Assembly: GCA_049999805.1 (NCBI GenBank)
Contig: JBNGIO010006112.1
Coordinates: 107,015 to 171,014, forward strand
DNA: 64,000 bases
Origin: Folioceros fuciformis
Taxonomy: Eukaryota
Reading direction: 5' to 3'
This document shows, piece by piece, positions 1 through 11,257 of this stretch (positions within the stretch are counted from its first letter, which is position 1; each line of letters opens with the position of its first letter). The notes beneath the pieces were generated by a model. The model was not told where the DNA came from. It saw nothing but the letters and a program-made list of their open reading frames with translations, and searched no databases. The position numbers were made by a program, and so were the translations under genes.

Positions 1-351
1 ATGTGACTTGGTTTGCGCTTGCGATTTGCAGACCTTCTTCTTGATCGCAGGATGCCGGGAGGAAGGAAGCGAGCGCGAGCGGGAGCAGGGGCGGTACCTT
101 ATCTGGTGCCTTAGACCTAGCAGGTTCCAGCCATCTCTGCACCGTCGTTCTCCATGCTGGTGATCGCCACTGGTGTTCCTGCTCCTGGCGATCGTAACAT
201 TACTCCCCAACTACGGAGTACCCAAATCCATAACATTTGTAGAGCAACATTTAGAGAGGTTCGAATGTACTGGTAAGATAAACAAAATTGTTTCTTTTGG
301 CCCTCTTTTTTTTTCCTCATTGTTGGCTAGATGGGGTTTATATGGCCTCTC

Positions 352-600
352 TTCGTTCATTCATTTGTTCTCTCTCATTTGTTTGTTCTTTTTCTGGTTC
401 ATTTGTTTGTTGTTTTTCTGGTTCATTTGTTTGTTNNNNNNNNNNTTTTTCTGGTTCATTTGTTTGTTGTTTTTCTGGTTCATTTGTTTGTTCTTTCTCT
501 GGTTCATTTGGTCGTTCTTTCTCTCGTTCATTCATTCTTTCTCTTGTTCGTTCTTTTTTGTTCGTTCTTTTGTTCTTTCTCTTATTTGTTTGTGGCTTTC
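352..600. repeat. 24-bp T-rich minisatellite (TTTTTCTGGTTCATTTGTTTGTTG) with an internal 10-N gap
   Basis: The unit is visibly repeated; N at 436-445 makes the copy number uncertain. It explains the repetitive ORFs at 173-656. Confidence 0.85.
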
Positions 601-780
601 ATTTAAAGGCAATGAAGAAGGCAAACGGTAGGGGACCTATCATACTACCCCTTTGAACATCATTCTCAGAAACTACCCATCACTCCCAAAATGTCTGTGA
701 TATGGAAAAACAAAAGGCCTACTTATCACCAGCTCTTTGCAAAGCAATAGATATGCATTGTCAAAAGAATGCCATCATCA

Positions 781-900
781 AGGAAAGAGAAAGAACCTCA
801 GTCCTATGACTATACTATACCTTTTGCACACTCCTTGACCGAAGGGGAAAGAGGAAGAACCCCATTCCTATGACAATGATGTACCTTTTGCGCACTCCTT
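781..900. repeat. Imperfect tandem duplication of a ~64-bp unit
   Basis: aggaaagagaaagaacc...cttttgcacactcctt is followed by gggaaagaggaagaacc...cttttgcgcactcctt. Confidence 0.7.
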
Positions 901-2210
901 AATGAACCCATGGCCCCATGGGTCTCAAGAGCAAGAGGATAAAAATATGTTCGTCTTATAGGGAGAATGCTTATGGACTTTGGTGCTTGTACAATCCTTG
1001 GCTACCCATCCAAGTGTTGATGACAACATGCTCACAAATCGAATACCTAGTGGAATTTGTAGCAACCACATCAACAATACAAACTTGTTCCACCCCAATA
1101 ATAACAGGTTAGCTCTAAGTGAACCTATGTTGCTCCCTATATGTATGAAATATACATTGCCTAGCCATTAAGAACATGACATCCTGAACTACATTAAAGG
1201 TGGCTATGTGGTGCCTCTCGATGGGACAATGTGCAAAATGGGACTCTTTATCGACAATGGCAACCCCACAACTATATGTAGGGAGAGAAAAAGCCAAAGG
1301 GGTGGATCTCATTCAAATCTCATTACGATGGCAAAAGTTGCAATTCAAAACGCTTGGATGCAAGGTCGAGCTAAAAGCTGAACAAGATCGAATACAAGCC
1401 GAGAATATCGCGGGATGGATGAATTTGAAACAATTAGTGCTTGGCCATATTCCTTTTCAAGGAGAGTGACTTGAAGACTCCTCGCCCTTCCCTAGACAAA
1501 GAAGATGAAAGAGTATCATTTTAACGTGAAAGGTTAAACACACATGGTCTAATCCTTCTAAACAAGCTGGCATTTTAACCAACTCCTATTTTAGTCCTTG
1601 GGACCATTTAGCTTTGCCACTCTCCGCCCTCCACCCAGAAAGGACGTCCCCTTTTTTCACTCCTAGTAGCTATATATAATAAATATTAAATAAATGGTTT
1701 AAAACATTAATATAAAAATACAAATACAAATATATGGTACACGCTACCATCGAGGCTACTCTTCCAAGCTTTAAAATACCATTCAATCTACGAGGATAGG
1801 GCCTTTTTTTTTTGAACAGTCAGGTCTTCAGAAAAAGGTCCATGGAAAAGAAGAAAGACGACAAAAGTAATGGCATAAGTGAAATAAGGTGAAAGTTAAA
1901 AGTAGAAAGGTGAAAGCTAAATCTAGAGCTGTCTTGATGAAGAAGCAAGTATGCTTCTTGCTGCCTTTGGAAACAAAATGTGTGTTCCAGGCAAAACCTC
2001 CTAAGAAGGATGGAGTTGTAATGACCACTAGTATTCTAGGATGAGTGGTGTGTATCATTCCCAGTTTTAGCAGTGGCTTAGCTGTGGAGTATACATAGGC
2101 CAGTGTTAGGGTCTTAAGGACGGTGATACACTGATACACAAAGAGGCAGACAGTGAGAAGTCTAGCCTGGAGGCATAGCTGTGGAGGGCCTGAAGAGCAA
2201 GCTTGTCAGA

Positions 2211-2272
2211 TAGAGTTGAGGGCAGTAGCCAGTGGGGCGTAGAGTTGAGGGCAGTAGCCAGTGGGGCGTAGA
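2211..2272. repeat. Perfect 29-bp tandem duplication
   Basis: tagagttgagggcagtagccagtggggcg x2. Confidence 0.9.
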
Positions 2273-3047
2273 TCGCCAGACTCTTTTGTAAGTAACTGGA
2301 ATAAAGAGCAGCACCTAGAGGAGGTGGTCTGCGAGTCGTCAGTGGACGGCGGGCTACTTGGAGCCTAGTGCTGAGTCGTGTGAGAAGGAGTGAGTGATTT
2401 GTAAGTGGAGCGCTGCGGAGTGTTTAGACGAGATTCGAGGCCGTTGCTTCCTTTTACGCTGCACAAGGAAGGGGGCGTTACTACAAAGGTTCAGGACCAT
2501 GCTTTTCACCGACGTCTGGTCCCGAAATTATTTTTATATTTTTATACGGTGCCGCAGCCAAGCTCCGTACCTGCTTGTAAGGCCACTAGTGTGCTTCTAA
2601 GGGCTTAAGCCCCTCCAGCCACAGGCACAATTAGCTGCAAATGGGCCCGTGAGAGGCTTGAGGCATGGGATTTTGGGGTTTGAATAGCAGATAGGCTGCA
2701 ACTTGCTGAGTTTCTTCACTAGGCCTTTGTCCTTGACCTGCACAACAAAAATACCCTTAAAACCCAAAATAGTGAAAGACCCATAACCAGCTACCGATCC
2801 AAAACATTGAAACACCAATCGCAGGTCACAGCTCCCACAATTGAGATAAAATTGGGTGAAGGAACAGTTCGTAGGTATTGATGTGATTGGAAAGTGCGCA
2901 TACAATGTGGTGAACGAACTTTGAACTTCCGTCTTTCATGAAACCATGCCTCAATTTTTTCCTCGACTTGCTCAAAACATTTGGTTTTGTATCATGACAG
3001 AAGGGCATTCCTAGCAGTATTCCAGTTATTGGCACTCCCCCCCAGCA

Positions 3048-4700
3048 TTGGAGAAGGGAAGGCACTTCACACAAAATAAGAAAACAAACAAGGACTCCCA
3101 GTTGATACATTTATGGCAAACAACAGGGACAGCCTATAATTCCGAGCAGGGAGTAAGCCCCGCAGCTCTTCAGTTCTGCAGCGATTTGTAAGTTCAAGGC
3201 GAAGACGTACAATTTTTAGCTCTCCAGCGTTGGAGAAGGGAAGGCAACTTCACACAAAACAAGAGAGCAGACAAGGACACCAAGGTGATGCTGTTATAGC
3301 AAACAGCAGGGACAGCAAGGAATTCCGCGCAGAGAGTAAGCCTGGAAGCTCTTCAGCTCTACGGCCATATGCAACAAGGCACAGATGTGCAATTGTTGGC
3401 ACCCCAGTACTACTGTTTGAGAAGGCAAGCAGGGATTTTCTGTCTTTTCTCTGTTTTGTTGTTGTTCAATAACAAGTGGAATTGGGAAAGGGGTGCTCTT
3501 TTGTTCTCACCCACGGCGGTTGTTTGATGCAGAAGCCAACCGACTGCGGCAGGACGTCCAAGCACTAGCCTCTGACGCATCACAGGGTACAGCCGAACAC
3601 AATTCCGGTCCCTGTCAACATTAATCAGCTTCAGTGCCAGCCGTTGAGGTCACAAAAGACAGTTGCGCTCAGCACATCTGGTCCTCATCTAGTCCTTTGG
3701 CCGCAGGTGGACAACCAGCTCTGGAGGTGCATGAATGACATACATTAATTCACACGGACCAACAGAACGGGTTGACAGAAGAGATCACTGGCAGATACCT
3801 GAAATTCAGGTTGACCATCGAGAGCACCAAACTGAGGCTGGACAGCGCTGTGTTGAACAGCAATAGTTAAAGGCACAGCACGGGTATACAATTGAAGCAT
3901 GTGACACAAATATTTGGCGAATAGAAACCATAACCGTAGCTCCATCACCGAGCTGTTGTGAGGTCCACAAGGGATATACTATATTTCCCATCCCTCGCCG
4001 CTGTTGCAAGCCTGGGAGACCGCACACTGCACCATGTATGATTGACAACAGTAAGTAAATAAGAAACCAGATGTAGCAAAGTGGCGTGCAAGCAGTACCT
4101 GAACAATAGATCTTCACAAGAAGTGATGAAAGGGAAATGACACTTGTCCACAGTTAAAACCTCCATGATCTCCAAATGGACACCCTTGTTGTCGTGCAGG
4201 CTACGAAATGGGATGGAAAGCTGGGCATGTATGGATACGTAATTGTACATATGTTCATGCAAATATTGGCGAGGAAAGACGGTGCACCTAGAGTCGATGC
4301 GGAGAGATGTTCACGATCGCGAGCCAGCTTCCACCTTCAAGCATCTGCCTTCCGGTCCTCAAGTTTGGACTTCACACGGGCCAATAAAGCTGTTCCCAAG
4401 AAATCGGCGGTGCCAGCCGGACTCACTCACGCTATTGCCAGCGGGTGACTGATCACTTGTCAGACGAGAGAAAAGATTCCCACATTTGTATGCTGGAACC
4501 GCAGGGCTTCGGCAGGCGGCAGCTATAGCTAGGGACGATGCAGCTACAAGAAACACCTTGTAACGAAAATGCAAGGGTATATTCCACGAGCTGCCGCTGC
4601 AAGCTTGCTTTCGAAAGCGTGAACAATGGCTTCCTACATTGCTCACAAAACTGCACACCCATTACCACGGATTTAGCTTGTAGAGCCAGCCGCAATCCAG
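3048..4700 (+). pseudogene. Highly degraded PPR gene relic
   Basis: Two ~180-bp related units at 3048 and 3230; the second translates to EALQLYGHMQQG, a typical PPR helix B. Multiple stops and frameshifts. Confidence 0.4.
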
Positions 4701-5249
4701 TGGTACCCAGCACATGCTTGAATCCGTCTGGTAATAGAATATGAATCGATGTGCAGATTGATCATGAGCTTCTCGAGCCTGAGTTCTTGAGCTTATGAAT
4801 CTCTCGAGCTTGAGCGCATGAGCTTGTACATGGTGCAACAGAACATCGCGGATTGGCTCCAATTCGTTCGAACAAACATTTGAACATCCATCTCTAAGAC
4901 ACACCACAAATTTTCCAGAGGTAGAACTGCCCGCAACACAAACACTTAATTAAAGACATAAACAAGTCTACAGCTGGCCATCATCCATAGATGCGACATA
5001 CACATCCAATGGAGACACCCTACTGGACTAGTGGTTATGGCTAGCGAGCTGGCTCACTGCTGAAAGAAAACAAGGCATTGCAAGCTAGGGCAAGATACAC
5101 AGGAACGGGAATACATACGAAGCGTTCCTCCCACCCCGCTACTTAACTTCTCCACAGCAGCCTGACCTTGTCCAAGTTCTCCTCATCAGCACCAGCCATC
5201 CTGCAAGCAGTTGTTTCTCGAACGGTAGCCTCCTAGCTCCTCGAGCTTA

Positions 5250-6221
5250 TCAGCAGCAGCCCCTGCAAAACCAACCACTGTAAACAGCCTCATCGAGCTC
5301 GTACTCATCGCAAGCTTGCTTCTGGCCAGGAGCTTGAGGGAGACGTGGCTCCAGAGGAACGGGGCTGGAGGAGCTGGAGCCGGCATTCACTTCATCGTCT
5401 GACGGATTGGGCTCCGAGCAAGACCCGCCAGCAGATGCGGATGAAGATCCGGACCCGTGGACATGGTTGGCATTCTGCTGAGGTGTCGGAGTCGCGCGGC
5501 GGCGTCGCTGCTTGGATTTACGAGCTGACTTGGTACACTCACCCTTTCCGGTGGAGGTAGTTGTGGTGCCCATCACGTACGCAACCAAGGCATCCACGTC
5601 CCGCTCATCTTTTCCACTCGCCATCAGCCTTTCCCACAGCCAACAGTTGTAGTTCCAAATGGCCTCGTCCTCCTTTGATTCTGGCATGGGCTGCCACGTC
5701 TCCTGCACGGACGCGGGTGCTGGCAGCTTCATCACCTCCCTCATCTCCCGGGGCGAGCAGCGCAACCTCCAAACGTCCCAGGCCTGGACTGCCTCGTTTA
5801 ACAGGTCATGGAGGTGAAGCTTATGACAAGCCATAGCCAACTGGAGGAACGCACCTCCCTTAATCGGTATGAGAATCTCCTGGATCTTGCGCTGCCGGAG
5901 TTCCACCGTGCTGTTTTCTGCGTGGATCCAGCAGTACTTTTCCACCAACTCGAGTACAGCCACACTGGAAATCCCGACTACAGGCAGAAGCTGAGGTTCA
6001 CTCTCAGCAAGTTGCGCTGTACGGTGGAACTGCCCAAGTCCCTTCAGCATTTCCTGTGCTGCACTCTTGGGCACTGAAATCAGATACTCCTCCACAAGCT
6101 CTCCACCATCTGTAATTGATTGGAACTTCAAGAACCGCGGCTGGTTGCGGCCCTTCTTCGCTACTTCGCTCGAACTCTCGATCTTGGGCTCCTCCTTACC
6201 AGCCATGCTCACACTTGACAT
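5250..6221 (-). CDS. Divergent intronless SKP1-like protein (type II / ASK20-21-like), copy A, ~323 aa
   Basis: SKP1/POZ-like core (LPVVGISSVAVLELVEKYCWIH ... FLQLAMACHKLHLHDLLNEAVQ ... SPREMREVMKLP), then DERDVDALVAYVMG plus a basic KSARKSKQRRRR patch, resembling the RSVDDLLSFING...KKK extension of ASK20/21. Likely ATG at 6221 or 6206; the upstream part of the 522-aa ORF looks non-coding. Confidence 0.6.
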   Translation of the reverse strand: MSSVSMAGKEEPKIESSSEVAKKGRNQPRFLKFQSITDGGELVEEYLISVPKSAAQEMLKGLGQFHRTAQLAESEPQLLPVVGISSVAVLELVEKYCWIHAENSTVELRQRKIQEILIPIKGGAFLQLAMACHKLHLHDLLNEAVQAWDVWRLRCSPREMREVMKLPAPASVQETWQPMPESKEDEAIWNYNCWLWERLMASGKDERDVDALVAYVMGTTTTSTGKGECTKSARKSKQRRRRATPTPQQNANHVHGSGSSSASAGGSCSEPNPSDDEVNAGSSSSSPVPLEPRLPQAPGQKQACDEYELDEAVYSGWFCRGCC

Positions 6222-6577
6222 GAACTGCACGCAAGCGAACACAGTCAAGAGCCCTGGCCACCACGAGGAAGAAGAAAAGGAAGAAGGAGAAGACGCACCG
6301 GGAAGAGAAGAAGAGACCCACGAGGAAGAAGAATGAGAGGACGCACAAAGGATTTTCGTGGAGAACCGCGAATGTGTCGGCGCGCGAAGCACGATGACAA
6401 TGATCAGTGTAGGCTCCAAGAGGAAAATCAGCGCCCTAACAACTCTTACACCATGATAAAGACATGTCGGTAAAAAGTGGCCCGAGTCCGTAGTCCTTGT
6501 ACGGCTCAAAAGCACAGAACCCGCAACGCTGGCGATTGCGACCATGACGTTGTGGATGGACGGTGTAGGGAGTAACA

Positions 6578-7295
6578 ATGTCCCGTCCGCAAGTGGAACA
6601 TAAATCTTCCACAGTGATGGATGCGCAGGGCCCATCGAAAGAGGTAGGGAAGAAAGGTGTGAAGGAGTGCCGCGGACGGCCTCCTGCAGCCTCTCAGCCC
6701 CTTCCACGAGACGTTGCTCCTTATCGATTGTCTTCCTCCAATGCGTCTCCCGGCCGGATTGGCTTTCAATTCCTTGGCTGCACTCCACGGGGTGATGAAT
6801 ATTGCTCCTACCAGACAAGCATAGCCGGGAGCGAACTTCGGAGGCATGATGCGCCCCCCAGGAGCAGGGAAGGAGTGGAACCTGCCGGCTCGTGCGACCG
6901 ACAAGGAAGCTTGGTTACTCCACAACCCACGGGTGGCACAGACCATCCTGAGCTACGACGTGTGGCTGTTGGAGAGCGTGATAGCCATGCAAGGGGTGTA
7001 CGTTGAGCGAGACGTGAATGCCTTGGTTGCATACGTGGAGGGCACCCCGCTGCCGCATCTGAGAGGCCAAAGTCCAGCAAGCCAGCTGCGAAGCAGAGAC
7101 GCCGGCTCCGCCGAAGCAACCAACCTGAGCGGAATGACAACGACAGACAATGTCCAGCCGCATGCTCATATACGGTCGCCTGTACCCAGCAGACCTGCTA
7201 CAAGTTCTTCCCCACTTGCAAAGCTGTGCTCATTGCGAGGGCGATAAGGCTGGCTCTCGAGGAGCAGTTGGTTCCGTAAGGGCTGCCGCTCATGA
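6578..7295 (+). pseudogene. SKP1-like copy B, frameshifted and internally deleted, head-to-head with copy A
   Basis: ILSYDVWLLESV...ERDVNALVAYVEGT matches copy A IWNYNCWLWERL...ERDVDALVAYVMGT; the C-terminal SSWFRKGC matches copy A SGWFCRGC. The pieces lie in different frames. Confidence 0.65.
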
Positions 7296-8277
7296 GCAGG
7301 AGGAAGACGCTACCGCTCAAGAGGCAGGTCCGTGCACCATGGACGATGCTCACGATCGAAGGACATGGAAAAAGAGGAGGAGTGGAAACCTCGTCAGACT
7401 TATCCAGCTGCTGTGTATCTCCTGCACTACCTTGCCGTGCCCTGTCTTTGAGAAGGCTCGAGAAGCGATCATGTGCTCATGATCAACATGCACATCATAT
7501 CTATTCATGTCCTGTTACCATATGGATTCAAGCATGTGCTGACCACTGGAGAGACCGTAACGCAGATGCTTGAAGGAGGAGGCTGGCTCGCGATCGTGTA
7601 CGTCTCTCCGCATCGGGTCTACGTGCATACAGTCTTTCCTCGCCGACATTTCCATGAACATGTGTACAATTACGTATTCGTATATGCCAGCTTTTCATCC
7701 CATTTCGTAGCTTGCACGACCGCAAGGCTGTCGCTTTGGAGATCATGGAGGTTTTAACTCTATCGATTGAATGGGTCATTTCCTCTTTCATCACTTTCGT
7801 ATTTCTTGTGATGATCCATTGATCAGAAACTTCTTGCACGCCACTTTGCTGCATCCAGAATACAGTGCTGTCCAGCCTCAGTTTGGCGCTCCCGATTGTC
7901 AACCTGAATCGCAGTTATCTGCCAGCTCTGTTCTGTTAACCCGCTCTGGTGTTCGAGGTGAATTACAGTACGTCATTCATGCACCCTCCAGAACTGGTTG
8001 TCCGGCTGCAGCCACACAACCAGATGTGCAGACCGAAGCTGTCTGTTTTGACCTCAACTGCTAGCACTGAAGGTGATGAATGTCGACAAGTCCCAAAATT
8101 GCAGTGTTCGGTTGCATGCACCCTGTGATGGGTCATAGGCTAGTGCTGGACGTCCTGCTGCACTCGTTTGGCTTCTGCATTGAACAAGAACCCTGGATGA
8201 GAGCAAACGAGCACTCGTTTCGCTGTTCCAAGTATTACTGTTCAACAACCAAAGAAAGAGATCTCCTGGCCAATGCA

Positions 8278-8525
8278 TGCTTTCGCCCCAATGGTGCGGT
8301 GTGGAGAGCAGCTACAACTAGGTAAATTGCAAGCACCACATCCCGGAACGTCACTTTGCAGTCACAAGGCTTGCCCACCTTACCAGCGACTGTGACAGCC
8401 GGGCCCTCCCTTGAATGATCCACATCACATGCACCGGGACCGGGGAATCAACCATCGTTTACACATCGCCCTTGGGTAGCAAGACTGATCCCAACTCCCG
8501 TGGGGTTGCGAGTCTCGTATTCTCC
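8278..8525 (-). pseudogene. Isolated fragment of the SHIPPO/ODF3-like gene (third copy)
   Basis: Collinear nucleotide similarity to 23780-24022; translates GPAVTVAGKVGK versus GPAFTIAGKVGK. Confidence 0.8.
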
Positions 8526-8849
8526 CCGCCCATCATGGATAAGAAAATAATGTAATTAAAAAACATATCTTGAAATTTTCAAACACAACTAAAAGGTAAA
8601 ATTAAAATATATCCTTAATATATTCTAGGTAGTTAAAATATATTATGGCATACCAAACCAGAAGGGGTCTGGCAAAAAACTTTATGTAAAGAGTGAGTCT
8701 TCAGGACGAATATGGAATACCAATTCGGACATGCCCTAATACTAATGTTTTTTTTTCTGGTATATATATTTTATATAGGAATATATGGTGGAATCTACTA
8801 CAGATTTCCCTATTGAACATAGCCATGTCACGGGACCTACTAGTACACC

Positions 8850-9975
8850 ATGCTACATGGTGTTTTAAGATACACTACACATATGAAACATGTCGGGGGT
8901 TCGCATGGATTAGGGTTTGGTAGTGTTTCATACATGCATCGATTGACACCGCTGTGAGGGGTCATTTAAGGTTTCGGGTTTAGGTCTAGTCCGCCACGTG
9001 CACACCGACACACTTACAACAACAACACAGTCCCTTTATATAGCTACCCCATTCAATCTAGCGTGCATCCAACTCAGAAATTGGATCTTGCATTCCTAAA
9101 GAACCAGCCTCCTATGATCTTTCTTGCAAAACTGCCAACACAAACTTTCTGCTTCAGGTGCTTCTCAAAATCCACTTCATACATGGAAACAGCTCTCACT
9201 GGGGGAGGGAGGATCTGTCTAGTGCCTTAAGGGCGTGTGTGTTGTGGGGTGAGACCCTATGTAGCTTCATGGACCCTCATCATAAAAAAATCAGGATGCC
9301 ACATAGTGTTTTAAGATACACTACACACATATGAAACATGTCGGGGGTTTGCAGGGGTTAGGGTTTGGTAGTGTTTTAGAGATGCGTTGATTAACACCGC
9401 CGTGAGGGGTCGTTTACGGTTTCAGGTTTAGATCTAGTCTACCACGTGCACACCGATACACTTACAACAACAACATGGTCCCTTTATATAGCTACCCCAT
9501 TCAATCCAGTGTGCATCCACCTGAAAAACTAGATCCTGCATTCTTAAGAAACCAACCTCATATGGTCTTTTTTGCAAAATTGCCAACACAAACTTTATGC
9601 TTTAGGTGCTTCTCAAAATCCACTTCATGCATGGAAACAGCTCTCACGAGAGGAGGGGGATTTATCCAATGCCTTAGGGGCGTGTGTGTTATGGGGTGAG
9701 ACCCTATGTAGCTTTGCCTTGCTCTCATGGACTGTGAAATAAAGGAGGGCATTTCATTCCCTTCTATCGTTTGTTTGTTCCCCTTGCCCTCCTCACATCC
9801 ATGTGATTGCATAGCGAGGAAGGCAAGAAGGGACATCCCCTTTAGCAGGTTCTGGATTGGAGTGGCAAAAACTCAGAAATGAAATCGAGGCTCGTTAAGG
9901 GTGTGCATTGAGGCGAGAGAGATGTATGCACACCAGACAACACGGTGAACGTTGAGGTCCACTGTAAACCTTGCA
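8850..9975. repeat. Tandem ~445-bp direct repeats (2 units); the second unit plus flank is also copied at ~16980-17680
   Basis: gtgttttaagatacactacac...gtgagaccctatgtagctt occurs at ~8860, ~9306 and ~17020. Confidence 0.85.
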
Positions 9976-10060
9976 TCGAAGGAGCTATAGCATTCACATC
10001 CAAGGCTAAGTCGAGGCATCAAACCTAGCCATTCGTTTGCCTGCTAGTCGTGAAATAGAT

Positions 10061-10220
10061 CCACCAAGTTCAATTGCCTATTTTGCTCACCACATCTTAG
10101 GTTTCACATCGTTCACAGTACAAACGCCCACCAAGTTCAATTGCCCATTTTGCTCACGACACCTTAGGTTTCACACCGTTCGCAATACAAGCGGTTTACA
10201 CCGTTCATAGTACAAGCGGC
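10061..10220. repeat. ~67-bp tandem duplication
   Basis: ccaccaagttcaattgcc.attttgctcac.ac..cttaggtttcaca.cgttc occurs twice, followed by partial units. Confidence 0.75.
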
Positions 10221-11257
10221 CGTTCACATTATTCCCCTCAATACATCTCACTCACATCCCACAATGTTCTGTGCAGTGTATCTCAATCACAGCTCAAACA
10301 TGCTACCATCCTATCCCTCACAGCCTACACACACACTTCTACCAATGTAGTTCAACGAGCTCACTCGCGGCCTACACTCACTTTGTATTCCTGTAGTTAT
10401 CGTGATTCATGCCCTAATTCATGTAGCTAGGAGGACTTAAGCTCAACAGTTGAGGTCCCTTCTTGGAGTTAGTGTGCTAGATGCATGCGGGTTGAGGACC
10501 ATTGAAGTAGCCATCTTGCTTAATTCGAAGGGCTAAGGGCCATCTTGGTGTGCCGGAAGAATGCATTACTTGGTCGTGAGGAATTCATAGGCAGTGGTAG
10601 AAAAGATACCAATCTTTGCTTGGTTTCTTGAACTGCTTTCTCATAAGGAACACGGCTTTGCTTGGTTTCTAAAGTAACGGTTAGGCTTTTGTTGTTAGTT
10701 GTGTCTGAGAGATGTGGCCATGGCCTAGGCTCAATCCAAAACGTAGTTACAATTGAGGCAATAATCGCTGCAATGCATGATGGCAGAGCCTGGCGGCTCT
10801 CCGGCCTTGTGCATGCGTTGAAAGGAACCCAAAAAACCCTAAATGAGCAAACCCTGACCCGTGGAATGAATGGTGAATGATGGATGAATGTAAAAGCCTT
10901 GTGTGTGTATTTTAGCCTTGTGCAAACCCTAATCCGTGGAATGAATTGTGAATGATGGATGAATGTAAAATGAGAATTGTTTCTAAAATAAATCTTTAGA
11001 GAGATCTAAGTGGCCGTTGTGGGAAAAAGCCCTTTTTGGGACTGACAGTCCTAACATCTTGGGGTATATTCCCTTAGATACCCGAGGTATAAACCATAAT
11101 ATAGTGCCCATACCCTGCCCTTTGTCTGGTTTGGTATGCCCTAATATATCTTTATATATACATATATATTTATAGAATTTTAAAAATTAAAATTTTATAA
11201 ATAAATAAATGAGTTTCACTTAAATAAAATGGAAAAAGAAAATCTGTCGTAGAATAC

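Larger units (their letters stand above)
3440..8265. repeat. Large imperfect inverted duplication (left arm ~3440-5700, right arm ~6900-8265)
   Basis: 4140-4360 is the reverse complement of 7550-7760; 3700-3850 of 7860-8010; 3440-3680 of 8015-8260; 5215-5290 of 7247-7330. The arms differ by substitutions and deletions. Confidence 0.85.
8644..11143. mobile_element. Putative non-autonomous DNA transposon (~2.5 kb) bounded by terminal inverted repeats, hAT-like ends
   Basis: Left end TATGGCATACCAAACCAGA; right end TCTGGTTTGGTATGCCCTA (RC TAGGGCATACCAAACCAGA, 18/19 match). No coding capacity; internal tandem repeats. No clean 8-bp TSD, only ATATAT shared. Confidence 0.5.

Noticed and set aside
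173-656. Several Phe-rich or EKQQTNEP-repeat ORFs
   Set aside because: These are translations of a 24-bp minisatellite spanning an N gap.
6222-6818. N-terminal 199 aa of the 522-aa ORF
   Set aside because: It overlaps copy B on the antisense strand and a TCT/TCC-rich 5'UTR-like tract; SKP1-like similarity begins only after ATG 6221/6206.
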